DNA of 64,000 nucleotides from Wickerhamiella versatilis (Eukaryota): assembly GCA_030867685.1 (NCBI GenBank), contig JAQOWU010000007.1:1240001-1304000 (forward strand), written 5' to 3'. Shown in pieces: positions 53,095-63,549 of the stretch. A model generated the notes under the pieces. The model did not search any database and was not told the origin of the DNA. It was given only the letters and a program-made list of their open reading frames with translations. The translations under genes were made by a program, and so were the position numbers. How positions within the stretch are numbered: the stretch's first letter is position 1; every line of letters begins with the position of its first letter.

Positions 53095-54666
53095 TTAAAC
53101 CTTAGGCTTTTTCGGTACACGAGACGCGCGACGCTTAGAATCACCTGTGTCCATATCGTCATCGTCATCATCGTCATCGTCATCGCCATCATCATCTCCG
53201 GCCTCGAAGTCTTCATCAGGTTCAGACTCATCATCGTCATCATCCTCTGCACCCTCGAAATCTGAGTCCTCTTCTTCTGAATCAAATGCCTCAGCCTCAG
53301 ATCCTGAACCAGCAAGTTCAGATTCAATCATTCTTCTTGTCTCAGCAGCTTCGTCCTTAATCTTTAGAGACTTGGACCCAAGGAAACTTTCAAGTGCAGG
53401 TTGCTCATCCCTGGATACACTTGAGAATTGGTACTCGTTTGACCCTTTAAGCTTGATAGTGAGGTCAAAAGTGCGTCCTGTGGATGCCACACGGCTAAAC
53501 TCGACATAGGAAACCTCTGCGTAAGGGATATACAGAGGAGACTTAGAAACGAAAACAAAGGCTTTTTCTAAAGGATATAGTGATCCCTCATTAGCTTTCA
53601 GCAGACAGCTGACCGCAGGTTGACTTCTCGCAGATACATATGACCCCGCAAATGTAATTTTGCGATTTGCAAGACCCTTGAAAAGTTGCGAAATCACTTG
53701 ATAAGTTAATTCTTCATAGCGAGGTTGAAGGCGGCCTTCAAACTTGGATTGGAATTCTGGATCATCAGCACCGTTCAACGTGATCTCTATCTCATCATCA
53801 CGAGGTATTTGCATTACCAAAAATGGGTAACGGGTCTGTCCCTGACGTAGAGGCGGGTCAAGTTGCAACATTAGCGTATTATGAATCTCATCCAAGCGAG
53901 GAAGAACGAAAATACGCTGAATGTTGGTGTATGATACTTTGTAGTCATAAGTTTTGCCATGTAATCTGAATGCATCTGTGAATAGACTAAGGTCATAACG
54001 ACCACGGGGTGTGCTGAACAATACTGAGTCGAAACTAGCCAACTCGGCACCCACCACAGATCCAATATCCGCCCTGTCCTGAAGCTGTTCGTGGAAATTC
54101 GATGCTGCATTTTCATCCTCAGAGGTAGGAGGTATGTACAGCCTGAGTTCAACAAGCTCATCGCCAGCTGTGGTCTTCTCGGCAGCAGGTTGGAGGTTCA
54201 ATTCCAATGCTACTTCAGACTTACCGACGAAATTTGTATTGGCTACCTGCTTGTATGGTATTTCATAGCTTGGGCGCGAGGCCACGTTGAATACCAGCTC
54301 GTTTCGTTCGAGTTCTGCTTCACCCCAATTCCAACCTCGCATCGAATGTTCACGAGGTTCCAGCGACAAGTCAAGGTTGTTTATAAGCCCGGCCTTCAAG
54401 CCATGGAAATCGCTATCCTTAAACCCATCAAATTGTACAGGCCCACTGTCGCGTGTTTGAATCAGCACCATCCAGTCATGGGCACCTCGAGACCACTGGG
54501 CACTTAAGAGGTCACTTGCAGGCAAAAGAAATGGCTGGGAAACGCGTGAAGCACTTGTGGCACTAACAGCAGATGTAGCACGCCAGCCCAGACCATCGCT
54601 GCTCATCCGTACCTCGCCAGGAACGCGTGACTGGTTACAATAAATGCCATCGTAGCTTGTCGCCAT
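53095..54666 (-). CDS. POB3: FACT subunit Pob3 (SSRP1), no HMG box
   Basis: RGWNWG, TPRGRYD, HGKTYDYK, LDPPLRQGQTRYP, KANEGSLYPL, acidic tail; ATG 54666. Confidence 0.96.
   Translation of the reverse strand: MATSYDGIYCNQSRVPGEVRMSSDGLGWRATSAVSATSASRVSQPFLLPASDLLSAQWSRGAHDWMVLIQTRDSGPVQFDGFKDSDFHGLKAGLINNLDLSLEPREHSMRGWNWGEAELERNELVFNVASRPSYEIPYKQVANTNFVGKSEVALELNLQPAAEKTTAGDELVELRLYIPPTSEDENAASNFHEQLQDRADIGSVVGAELASFDSVLFSTPRGRYDLSLFTDAFRLHGKTYDYKVSYTNIQRIFVLPRLDEIHNTLMLQLDPPLRQGQTRYPFLVMQIPRDDEIEITLNGADDPEFQSKFEGRLQPRYEELTYQVISQLFKGLANRKITFAGSYVSARSQPAVSCLLKANEGSLYPLEKAFVFVSKSPLYIPYAEVSYVEFSRVASTGRTFDLTIKLKGSNEYQFSSVSRDEQPALESFLGSKSLKIKDEAAETRRMIESELAGSGSEAEAFDSEEEDSDFEGAEDDDDDESEPDEDFEAGDDDGDDDDDDDDDDMDTGDSKRRASRVPKKPKV
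53155..53245. repeat. Imperfect (TCA/TCG)n coding trinucleotide tract encoding poly-Asp of Pob3
   Basis: atcgtcatcgtcatcatcgtcatcgtcatc. Confidence 0.7.
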
Positions 54667-54828
54667 ATCCAGCTTAGTTAAGCTTCCCGGTAGAGATGAA
54701 GTGATATATATTGACATGGGGTAGTTACTATCACAGTATTCTTAGTTGTATTGAGAGTTTTTTTAAGTGAATAATTCATATCATATAGAATTAGGCAGAA
54801 ATATTGGAATTGAATATTTCTACAGACT

Positions 54829-55875
54829 CTATGCAGGAGTGTTACCTCTGGACGAGCTCTTTCTAAGATGGCGTTCAAAAACATTATGAATGAAATGAAG
54901 GCCTGAACAGGCATCTAACAACCGGTCTTCTTGCGACTGCATTATCCGAGCAGCCTGTGCGTTTGCAAGCGACATTGTCTTGAGCTTTTGTGCCAGATTG
55001 ATTGCGACCTGATCTTCAAAAACATTGACAAGGGTTGATTTAGGAGATTGAATCTTCGTCTCGTCCATGACACGATCGAAACCTTGCAAAGAAGCAATCC
55101 GAGTTCTCGTATCATCGACTGCTTGAACGAAGACACCTGGCGTCGACTGACCAGCTGCTTTACTGAGCTGTAGAACAGATGTGTTAACATTTTGTGAGAG
55201 GAGTGATTCCACAAAAGGTGCGATATCACTATTAAGAGCTTGCAGCGACAACAAGGCAAACTTAAGTTTGACTGTGTCGCCCGTGAAACTACTCACGTCT
55301 TTGGACGCGATATCTACAATTTTTTCCTGAAGGACTGAGAGTGTCTTACTGTGAGACGAAACAATTCGCACTTGAGCTAAGGAAGTGTCAAAACTAACGA
55401 GCTTGTTAAGAACAACAGTATTTTGGGCAGCACGAAGTAACTGAAGACCAGTCAGCTCATCATCAGCGGTCGGGAGTTGGCGTGCTATTTGCAAATACCA
55501 TAGCAAAGTTCGACCAAGTTTAGCCGTGAGGTGCAAGTTTGTTGCCTTGGTATGTAATTGTCGTAATCTTCGGTAATGGCTCGAGAAGTCTCGCTCAAGC
55601 TTATCTCGAGCGGATGAAACATTAGAGAATAGCGGGTCCAGCCCTTCGACAAGTGTTTTTGCTTCTTCTATTGCATGCGCGGCCTCGAGAAGCTCAGACG
55701 TATGCTCTCTGCTGACCGCAGCTAATCGACTCTCAAACTCGTCCTTATCATAAATCAACCGCTTAATTGCAGGGTCCAGGTCCAAGACACTTTCCTGGGT
55801 TGTCGTAGTTGCCTTCACCACATCGTTGGCAACACGCTCTGGCAGAAAATCGGATCCTAAATAGACCTTATCCAT
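54829..55875 (-). CDS. COG5: Conserved oligomeric Golgi complex subunit 5
   Basis: YLGSDFLPERVANDVV, LDLDPAIKRLIYD N-terminal COG5 pattern, helical body. Confidence 0.8.
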   Translation of the reverse strand: MDKVYLGSDFLPERVANDVVKATTTTQESVLDLDPAIKRLIYDKDEFESRLAAVSREHTSELLEAAHAIEEAKTLVEGLDPLFSNVSSARDKLERDFSSHYRRLRQLHTKATNLHLTAKLGRTLLWYLQIARQLPTADDELTGLQLLRAAQNTVVLNKLVSFDTSLAQVRIVSSHSKTLSVLQEKIVDIASKDVSSFTGDTVKLKFALLSLQALNSDIAPFVESLLSQNVNTSVLQLSKAAGQSTPGVFVQAVDDTRTRIASLQGFDRVMDETKIQSPKSTLVNVFEDQVAINLAQKLKTMSLANAQAARIMQSQEDRLLDACSGLHFIHNVFERHLRKSSSRGNTPA

Positions 55876-55897
55876 ATGTCAGCATTCAACAGTGGAA

Positions 55898-56809
55898 ATG
55901 TTCAAATTTCAGTTCGACCTTGGTCAACCCTCTGAGCATAATGGTGATCTTAATGAGCAATATGAAGCTATAGATTCTGAAACTCTCGCGGAATGGCATA
56001 GCTGGGACGAATTTGAACCGATCCGAATCTCGTATAGCACTCACAATGGAGTACCTCGCAGGGACCTATTTGATGTTCGCTATCAGCTTATGCAGTCGGA
56101 CAGCCTGAAAGCGGATGAGAAAATTCTTCTAAGTGACGAAGATGTTCGTCAGTCTGTATATGAGGGAGGCCTTAAGGTATGGGAAGGAACAAATGACTTG
56201 TTGAAAGTCATCGAGGATATTACTGTACCCTCGAGCGTAATTGAGCTCGGCTGTGGAGCTGGTATTCCTAGCTGCTACTTGATATTGAGGGCAATTCAGA
56301 ATGGCAATCGATCGCGCTTTGTTTTGGCCGATTACAACAGTGCAGTATTGTCTCTCGTAACTATGCCGAACGTGGTTCTAGCTTGGCTTTCTGCAAATAA
56401 CCAGTTAGGCCAGAATGGTGAAGTTGAAATCACGCAAGATCTTGTTCAAGAAATGAGGAAAGATCTAGAATGTCGAGGTATTTCAGTCGCGTTTGTCCGA
56501 GGGGCATGGTCGTCACACTTCTCAGAGCTGGTTGGAAGGCATAGCTTTGATCTTTTGCTTGCTTCAGAAACTATTTATTCTCTAGATACTATTGGAGTTT
56601 TCACTAAGGTGCTCAAGGATGTTCTGTCTCCTTCAGGCAGAGCCCTCGTTGCTGCTAAAAAAGTTTATTTCGGTGTCGGTGGTTCGGTTGTGGAATTTCA
56701 GAGACGTTTGGAATTATTGAACATGCAACACAGGCCATTGCTAACTGCAGGTGAGGTGGGAAGAGTCGTGTTAGAAGCGAAATCGAAGAATATATCCGAT
56801 CAAATATAA
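55898..56809 (+). CDS. HPM1: Histidine protein methyltransferase (METTL18)
   Basis: MFKFQF start, RRDLFDVRYQLM, YEGGLKVWE, ELGCGAG, ASETIY, AAKKVYFGVGG. Confidence 0.93.
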   Translation: MFKFQFDLGQPSEHNGDLNEQYEAIDSETLAEWHSWDEFEPIRISYSTHNGVPRRDLFDVRYQLMQSDSLKADEKILLSDEDVRQSVYEGGLKVWEGTNDLLKVIEDITVPSSVIELGCGAGIPSCYLILRAIQNGNRSRFVLADYNSAVLSLVTMPNVVLAWLSANNQLGQNGEVEITQDLVQEMRKDLECRGISVAFVRGAWSSHFSELVGRHSFDLLLASETIYSLDTIGVFTKVLKDVLSPSGRALVAAKKVYFGVGGSVVEFQRRLELLNMQHRPLLTAGEVGRVVLEAKSKNISDQI

Positions 56810-57091
56810 ATATCTGTGTTCTGAGGAAATACACAGTGCTTGGATCTCTATTGAGGGCTAGTATCGGTAGCTTTGACTTAGTGCTTTTGCCTCCCACCCT
56901 ACGACATATAATGTGGGTTGCCAGCTAGGTTATTGATTTAGCAGGCCCCTATAGAAAGTTAATTGAATAATTGGTGAGAGGAGGCGGCAGCTTTTACTGC
57001 CATTCCCATATTAGTGTGGTTCCTGGATCTAACTGTGTGAGAATAATTATATAATATAGTGATATCACCACCTGTAGACTGCAGTTGCGAG

Positions 57092-58372
57092 ATGGTGAAA
57101 GTTGTCATTGTGGGAGGTGGTATCGCGGGATTGGCGGCAGCAAGAAAGCTAGCAAAATCGGGAAAACCAATTGCTATTACTCTATTAGAAGCACAAGCAA
57201 GGCTGGGTGGTCGCGTCCTTACCATGAAATCTAAGGATGGCCGCTTGTCCTTTGATCTAGGGGCCTCGTGGTTTCATGATGCAGATGAGAATCCTCTATA
57301 TGAGATTTCTAAAGAAAAGGGCTGGCGTACGGAGTTTGATGATACTTCTTCGGCTACATTTGCGGTCAATGGACAACAAATATCTGAAGATATTTTTAAA
57401 GGTAGTGATTCAATTATGAAGGCACTGGAGCGCCATTTTGACTCCAAAAAAGTAATCGATATGTCTCTTGAGAAGTTCTGCCAGACTTACGCTGCTAGAC
57501 ATATGCCAGTAGGCGATATGAGGGCCATTGCCCCACAGCTATTACGGCTGTTTGAGCTCTGGACTGGAATGCCATGGTCAGAACAGTCAGCCGCTCAACT
57601 ATCTGGCGAATCTGAACAAGCTCATAGCAGAAATGCCTTCAATTTAGATGGCAACGAGCAAGTCATCAAATGGCTTCTCTCGGAACTCCCCAAAAATGTT
57701 GAGATCCGTCTTCGGCAACCCGTCAGCAGAATAAACGGCCATTCTGTGATTCTTAAAACTGGGGAGGAAATAGATGCAGATTTCATAATTTGTACCATTC
57801 CTGTTGGTCATTTGCGACAAAACCGTCACACCTTATTTGCCGAGCTACCTCCTCAGATAGATGCTGCGATAGAGGGTGGAACGATGGCCGCATTAGGCAA
57901 AGCCGTATTTCAATTCAGCGATACGTGGTGGGTGGATGCACCTCGCTATTTTGTAGTAGATCCTGACGGTGGAAGCCCAGTTTTCTTCACAAATGCCTAT
58001 AAATTTCTGGGTGCGTCAGTTCTTGTAGCATTGTTTGCTCCACCACTAACTCAAGTCATCGAGAAAGAACCCCACAGGGTATTTGATATCCTCAAGAAGT
58101 ATTTGTCGCAACTCCGGGTTGATCCAGCACGTGCCGTTCCGACGCCAGATTTTGTTGCAGTTACCGATTGGTCTCTAAATGAGTATTTCCTTGGAAGCTA
58201 TTCTGGCGTTAGAGTCGGTCAGGATGAAACGGATCTAATTCTGCCCTTTCGAAATGGTGCGGGCAGCATCAGATTTGCTGGTGAGCATACCTCATTAGAA
58301 GGCGCAGGATGTATGCATGGTGCATTTGCATCGGGGGAACGCGAGGCGGAGCATATTTTAAATGTGATCTAA
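57092..58372 (+). CDS. FAD-dependent amine/polyamine oxidase (Fms1/Cbp1-like)
   Basis: GGGIAGL, EAQARLGGR, DLGASWFH, GSYS, FAGEHT...GCMHGAFASGEREA; ATG 57092. Confidence 0.85.
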   Translation: MVKVVIVGGGIAGLAAARKLAKSGKPIAITLLEAQARLGGRVLTMKSKDGRLSFDLGASWFHDADENPLYEISKEKGWRTEFDDTSSATFAVNGQQISEDIFKGSDSIMKALERHFDSKKVIDMSLEKFCQTYAARHMPVGDMRAIAPQLLRLFELWTGMPWSEQSAAQLSGESEQAHSRNAFNLDGNEQVIKWLLSELPKNVEIRLRQPVSRINGHSVILKTGEEIDADFIICTIPVGHLRQNRHTLFAELPPQIDAAIEGGTMAALGKAVFQFSDTWWVDAPRYFVVDPDGGSPVFFTNAYKFLGASVLVALFAPPLTQVIEKEPHRVFDILKKYLSQLRVDPARAVPTPDFVAVTDWSLNEYFLGSYSGVRVGQDETDLILPFRNGAGSIRFAGEHTSLEGAGCMHGAFASGEREAEHILNVI

Positions 58373-58870
58373 CGGTTCCTTATTTTTTTTTAAATCTGTT
58401 TATATAGTCAATTTAGTTTTTCTTCCGCGACAGTAGCCTATCTTTACATGGGGCCAAGCATCTCCATGGTTAGACGACTAACTGATGACTTTATCAAAAG
58501 TGGTTCAAGCGGAAGATTTACGCACGTCAACGGAATCAGGCATATGTAATCAAGATCAACAATCAGGTTAGGTTACTTTTAACCGTGAAGACATTTCAAC
58601 GTCTAACGGTATCTAGTGACAGATTTATTGCAAGAAGCAAGCATGGGCAGATACATAAATAAATGAAAAGAAGATATAGAATTTTAAGGTGCTGTAATGT
58701 TTTAGTGTAAGGGGTTGGTCGGTCATTCGGAATGATCCTGCTGCGCCTCATATATTACACACAAAACATATTTCGCTGGGCAACTGAACCGTTGTAAGAA
58801 AGAGAAGAAAGCGCGTAGTTTCGAGGATTTACAGCTGCTGAGGATCCAGAGGAAACATACCAGTATTCCC

Positions 58871-59539
58871 ATGACTTCCATTGCAATTGTTGATCCTTTC
58901 AATTTCAATATGCCTGATAAATCTGTTTCATTAAATCCGCCGAGGAATATGTACGACACGGCAAAAGATAAAGAAGAAAACACAGGAGAAGCAGGGGAAC
59001 CAGCAAAGAAGTCTGTTTTTCCCCCTATGCAAGTACTGGAGCCATCCCCGCATGGTCCTCCGAAACCGGTACGGTCAGTTGCCCGTCTTAAAGAGCCATC
59101 TACATCACCACAGACTGCATCTCAGATTTTAATTGTTCCTCCTTGTGAGCCGCGGCCAGAAACATATTCGTCTCCACTTCTGCCAGAGCCTGTCGGAACA
59201 CCAGTGGTCCAGACATCTGGAGTATTGCCACATCATGCGGTTGCCAACCAGTCTCAGGCGGTTAAGATAGCCATGGATAAGATGTATGGATCGTCCCCAT
59301 ATATTTCTGGAAGTATGTCTGCGCAGCAGCGTAGGAGCCTGAACAGGCCTCTACCAAGACACGCTCGTGATGTCCTCAAGGGATGGCTTCTGAAGAACCT
59401 GGATAATCCCTATCCAAGTGAGCTTGACAAAACGCAACTGGCAAATGAAACGGGCCTAAGCCTCACACAAATATCCAACTGGTTCAATAACGCTCGCAGA
59501 AGAAAGTTACCGGAGGCTCTTCGGAAAGAAGGAGCGTGA
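58871..59539 (+). CDS. TALE-class homeodomain transcription factor (Cup9/Tos8-like)
   Basis: LKGWLLKNLDNPYPS (PYP loop), LSLTQISNWFNNARRR. Confidence 0.8.
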   Translation: MTSIAIVDPFNFNMPDKSVSLNPPRNMYDTAKDKEENTGEAGEPAKKSVFPPMQVLEPSPHGPPKPVRSVARLKEPSTSPQTASQILIVPPCEPRPETYSSPLLPEPVGTPVVQTSGVLPHHAVANQSQAVKIAMDKMYGSSPYISGSMSAQQRRSLNRPLPRHARDVLKGWLLKNLDNPYPSELDKTQLANETGLSLTQISNWFNNARRRKLPEALRKEGA

Positions 59540-60515
59540 TAAATATAACAAGCTGTACTTCTACCACACAGTTCAACGTAGTCCAAGACCAGTTGTCAAC
59601 CACATCAACTTTACATGGTGTAGGAAATCGTTAAGGAAAAGATAACTTTTTTTTTGTTTTTTTTATATCAGGACAGGGCTGAATGGGCTGCTGCGTTGCG
59701 CTCTAGATTAACCATATGTCATACAAAGCATCCGAGACTCAATAGCGGAAAAGAGATGTATGGCATAAGAGTACCGAAAATAAAAAGAAACCAGATTACA
59801 GTAAAGGATTTGAGGGCTTATCTTTTTTGGTGCGAAGTTTATGCACAATTGCTGCCAAAGTTTATTTATTGCAGTTGATACCCACATGTTCAAATATTGG
59901 GTTCGAGAAATAGCGCAGGAACTCTAGTAGCTATTCTATAGACTGGCTGGCTTGAAGAAAAATACTTAAGTATCCTGGGAGAAAGCATTATGCTAAAGAC
60001 TCAAAAGGGACATCAAAAATTCACCAAATTTTATCCAGAGACTTATCTCCTGGTGTAAATATGTACTGGATGTGAAAGAACGAGATGCCGATCATAACTT
60101 GACCTATTCCTCCGCAATGGTTGTTTCACAGGTCAGAGGAGGATGGTTGCTTCTCCAGATACTTAATTCTGAATTGGGCCACCTTACCACGATGGATAAA
60201 AGTGGAATGATACACAAGAGAGCATGCTTATAGATTTTTTTTCCGTAATTAAAAACGACGATAGAACCAGTCGAACTGATTCGTTTAAAGAGTCGCTAAC
60301 GCGAGTTTATACGTACCCGAACCCTGGGTACATTGCCATTTTGCACCCACGGGACAATAGGTCACGCGTAGAGTCGTATTCAAAAATTGTAAGAAATGCT
60401 GTTGTAAATTACAAACTATCTAGAATCGGAGCAAGCCCTTGCGCGCCCGTGAATTACCGACACAGTGGTTGGGGCCCTTACCCCGCAATGCCTAAGCGAC
60501 ATCATTATTACACGT

Positions 60516-60524
60516 ATATAAATA
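60516..60524 (+). promoter_or_regulatory. TATA box of TPI1
   Basis: TATATAAAT about 50 bp upstream of the ATG of a strongly codon-biased gene. Confidence 0.55.
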
Positions 60525-60571
60525 GTGCCCATCTCGTCACAATCAGTATACTTGAAAGGTAAAATCAAGAA

Positions 60572-61315
60572 ATGGCTCGTCAATTTTTTGTCGGAGGTAA
60601 CTGCAAGATGAACGGCTCTAACGAGTCCTTGACTACTATTGTCAAGCGTCTTACCGAGGCCAAGCTCAAGGACGTGGAGGTCGTCCTTGGTGTACCTGCC
60701 CCTTATATCCCCCTTACTTCTCAGCTTGCCAAGGGCTCGTCAATCAAGATTGCTGGTGAGAACTCCTACACCAAGTCCTCCGGTGCCTTCACCGGTGAGG
60801 TCAGCCCAGACATGCTCCTGGACACCGGTGCTACCTGGGTAATTCTTGGCCACTCTGAGCGCCGTGCAATCTTCGAGGAATCATCTGAGCTCATTGCCGA
60901 GAAGGTCAAGTTCGCCGTTGACAAGGGTCTTAGTGTGATCTTCTGCTGTGGTGAGTCTAAGGAGGACAGGGAGTCTGGCAAGACCCTTGATGTGGTTAAG
61001 GCTCAGCTTGACCCTGTGATCAAGTCCCTGACCAAGGCCGACTGGTCTAAGGTCGTTGTTGCCTATGAGCCTGTCTGGGCAATTGGCACTGGACTTACTG
61101 CCACACCTCAGGACGCACAGGACACCCACAAGGATATTCGTGCTTACTTGGCGGAGCAGGTCTCGCCGGAAATTTCTGAAGCAACTCGTATTCTTTATGG
61201 TGGGTCTGTCAACGCCAAGACTGCGCCAGATCTCTCTAAGGCTGTTGACATCGACGGTTTCCTTGTCGGCGGTGCTAGCTTGAAACCCGAGTTCGTTGAC
61301 ATCATCAATGTTTAA
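60572..61315 (+). CDS. TPI1: Triosephosphate isomerase
   Basis: FFVGGN.KMNG, GAFTGEVS, GHSERR, AYEPVWAIGTG, YGGSV, GFLVGGASL. Confidence 0.99.
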   Translation: MARQFFVGGNCKMNGSNESLTTIVKRLTEAKLKDVEVVLGVPAPYIPLTSQLAKGSSIKIAGENSYTKSSGAFTGEVSPDMLLDTGATWVILGHSERRAIFEESSELIAEKVKFAVDKGLSVIFCCGESKEDRESGKTLDVVKAQLDPVIKSLTKADWSKVVVAYEPVWAIGTGLTATPQDAQDTHKDIRAYLAEQVSPEISEATRILYGGSVNAKTAPDLSKAVDIDGFLVGGASLKPEFVDIINV

Positions 61316-61525
61316 ATTTCCTAGACCACAATTACGTTTTTTAAAATTTTAAGTACTTAGGTACCACTGGTTCACCTTTACTTTACTGTAATTCACCACG
61401 GTTTATTCGACTAAATAAAGTTGTGCGTTATTTTCGAGTCAGATGCATTGCGTAGCACAATGTGCTATATAGGACAAGGGCTTCGATAGCATTATGTAAT
61501 ACGATACAGGCGCTTGGTCATCGGG

Positions 61526-61531
61526 CACGTG
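61526..61531. promoter_or_regulatory. Pho4-type E-box CACGTG upstream of VTC1
   Basis: GCACGTGC about 40 bp upstream of the ATG; VTC genes are PHO-regulon members. Confidence 0.5.
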
Positions 61532-61569
61532 CAGTCTTCCATTGCTTTGTTAGATACTAGTGGGTGAAG

Positions 61570-61935
61570 ATGTCGTCGCCGTTGATGAGGACAGGAAATG
61601 GCAAGCGGATTGCGCTTCCTATTCGCGTTGAGCCTAAAGTTTTCTTTGCCAATGAGCGTACGTTCTTGTCCTGGTTAAATTTCACTGTGATCCTTGGCGG
61701 ACTTGCCGTGGGTCTCCTGAATTTTGGTGACCAGGTTGGGCGATACTCAGCCGTGCTTTTCACTTTCGTGGCAATGGCTACTATGGCTTACGCCCTTGTG
61801 ACCTATCATTGGCGTGCAGCGGCCATTCGCAAGCGGGGTGCTGGGCCTTACGATGACCGCTTCGGACCGACCATGCTTTGCTTCTTCCTGCTGGCTGCAG
61901 TCATTGTTAATTTTGTATTGCGCATGAGGAATTAG
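61570..61935 (+). CDS. VTC1: Vacuolar transporter chaperone 1
   Basis: [37 protein letters not shown] 61570. Confidence 0.97.
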   Translation: MSSPLMRTGNGKRIALPIRVEPKVFFANERTFLSWLNFTVILGGLAVGLLNFGDQVGRYSAVLFTFVAMATMAYALVTYHWRAAAIRKRGAGPYDDRFGPTMLCFFLLAAVIVNFVLRMRN

Positions 61936-62111
61936 TAGCGGGCAGATACACAGACTTTTCGTACAGATCGAGCTAATGTAGTTGTTGTTACGGGAGGGGG
62001 GATCTCCTTTCTTCAGCACCGCCAAAACTAGGGAAGGCTGATATTTTTCTTCTTTGGTTCAATAGTTGCGTATTTACAATATATGTTAAACTTAAATAAC
62101 TCTGAATCACA

Positions 62112-63269
62112 TTACGAAGATTGTATGGACGTTAGAACGTCGTTCAAATCTTTTTCAGTTAAGACCACTCCAGCATCGGAGCATTTAGCCCTTGTTCTCA
62201 ACTCGACACAGATACCATCAATATCAATCTCTCCAAACCGAGGGTGGGCGCAGATGCGATCCCACACATCCGAGCAGGTCATGAATTTTGCATTTGACGC
62301 TGGAACCTCTTCATCTTGGCTCGCACCCGATTTGGGTAATTGCTGCTGATCCTGCTGCTGAGCCTGCTCCTGCGGTCGTTGAGGCACATCTTGCGGAAAC
62401 TCTGGTGCGATTTGCTCGGCCTTGTCCTCCTGGGGCGGAAAATCGAACAGGTCTTCGAGTGGATCAAACAGGCTGTAGTCATCCGCCATCAAACCTGGAA
62501 GAGTTGTGTCACCACTGAAAGGATTGATGGCTGTATTACTCTCTTCAGATGGACTTTGCCATGTTGGGAATTCCGCCGCTACAGTAGGTGCCCTCACTGG
62601 TATTGGCTTATCTCTGGTTCCACATGCTAATGATAAGTTTCCACAGAATTCCTCTGCTGATTGTGACTGACCAGTAACCATTTTCGGCTCCACGAAAGGC
62701 AATTCGGGTTCTGGCTGGCTTTCCAACAAAGTGGGCTGAATTTGATTCTGCTGGAATAAAAACTGGGAGTTAGGTGTTGCTGGTGACGGTGCGAAGTTAA
62801 AGGGAAGTTGCCAATCTTTTTGAGACTGGGTCGGCGGTATTTTCGGAGGCACGGAGCCAGTTGTGCCAGAGCCGAGGCCTGTGAGAGATTGTGGACTGGG
62901 TATATATTGTCTTTTGGACGCTGGTAGATCATGTTCTACTTTGCCATTAAGTGTTGGTGAACTATCAGAAGGAGGCTTGGAATTGCCCCCTCTATACTGC
63001 TGGAGTTCCTCTTCAAGTGCCATGAGCTGAGACCTCAGCGCCATATTCGTTGATTTCCAGGATCGTGATTCTGTCTCGAGTTCTTTTAGGCGAAATTCAA
63101 GTCCCTTTAGATGCTTTTCCTTGCGTTCCCGGAACGCCCGTTGTGCTGCGCGATTCTGTGCTCTTCGCTTTGCTTCAGGCTCGTCGATACCATCAAAAAG
63201 ATCTTTTTCGTATTCATCTTTCGGCTCTGTTATGTACGGCCGTTTGATGGACCCCACAACAGCCGACAT
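62112..63269 (-). CDS. YAP1: AP-1-like redox bZIP transcription factor
   Basis: KRRAQNRAAQRAFRERKE, n-CRD FCGNLSLACG, c-CRD CSDVWDRI...DIDGICVELRTRAKCS. Confidence 0.95.
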   Translation of the reverse strand: MSAVVGSIKRPYITEPKDEYEKDLFDGIDEPEAKRRAQNRAAQRAFRERKEKHLKGLEFRLKELETESRSWKSTNMALRSQLMALEEELQQYRGGNSKPPSDSSPTLNGKVEHDLPASKRQYIPSPQSLTGLGSGTTGSVPPKIPPTQSQKDWQLPFNFAPSPATPNSQFLFQQNQIQPTLLESQPEPELPFVEPKMVTGQSQSAEEFCGNLSLACGTRDKPIPVRAPTVAAEFPTWQSPSEESNTAINPFSGDTTLPGLMADDYSLFDPLEDLFDFPPQEDKAEQIAPEFPQDVPQRPQEQAQQQDQQQLPKSGASQDEEVPASNAKFMTCSDVWDRICAHPRFGEIDIDGICVELRTRAKCSDAGVVLTEKDLNDVLTSIQSS

Positions 63270-63288
63270 GGCGGTCTACTCAGTGAAG

Positions 63289-63315
63289 GGTGGCAAACAC
63301 GAGTTTGCTTACTAA
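63289..63315. promoter_or_regulatory. PACE (GGTGGCAAA, 63289-97) and YRE (TTACTAA, 63309-15) upstream of YAP1
   Basis: Exact consensus matches read directly. Confidence 0.55.
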
Positions 63316-63549
63316 CTGTGCTTAGATGATGACTGGAGCGCCATCAGACCCAGCGGGCTACTAAGAATGTGGGTATAAACCCTTGCCTCCAAGACTACAC
63401 GGCAGAGTGCGATAGATACGCCAAGAAATCATATTTAATCCTTGAACGTAAATAAAAATCTAATGGCTTGCCGCCAAATAACCCCTAACCGCCAATATCT
63501 TGAAATAGGCAGCAATTGGCAATGCTGACTCCGCGTAAGGCCCATTGAA

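Noticed and set aside
60224-60562. 112-aa ORF upstream of TPI1
   Set aside because: Overlaps the TPI1 TATA/promoter and shows no family features
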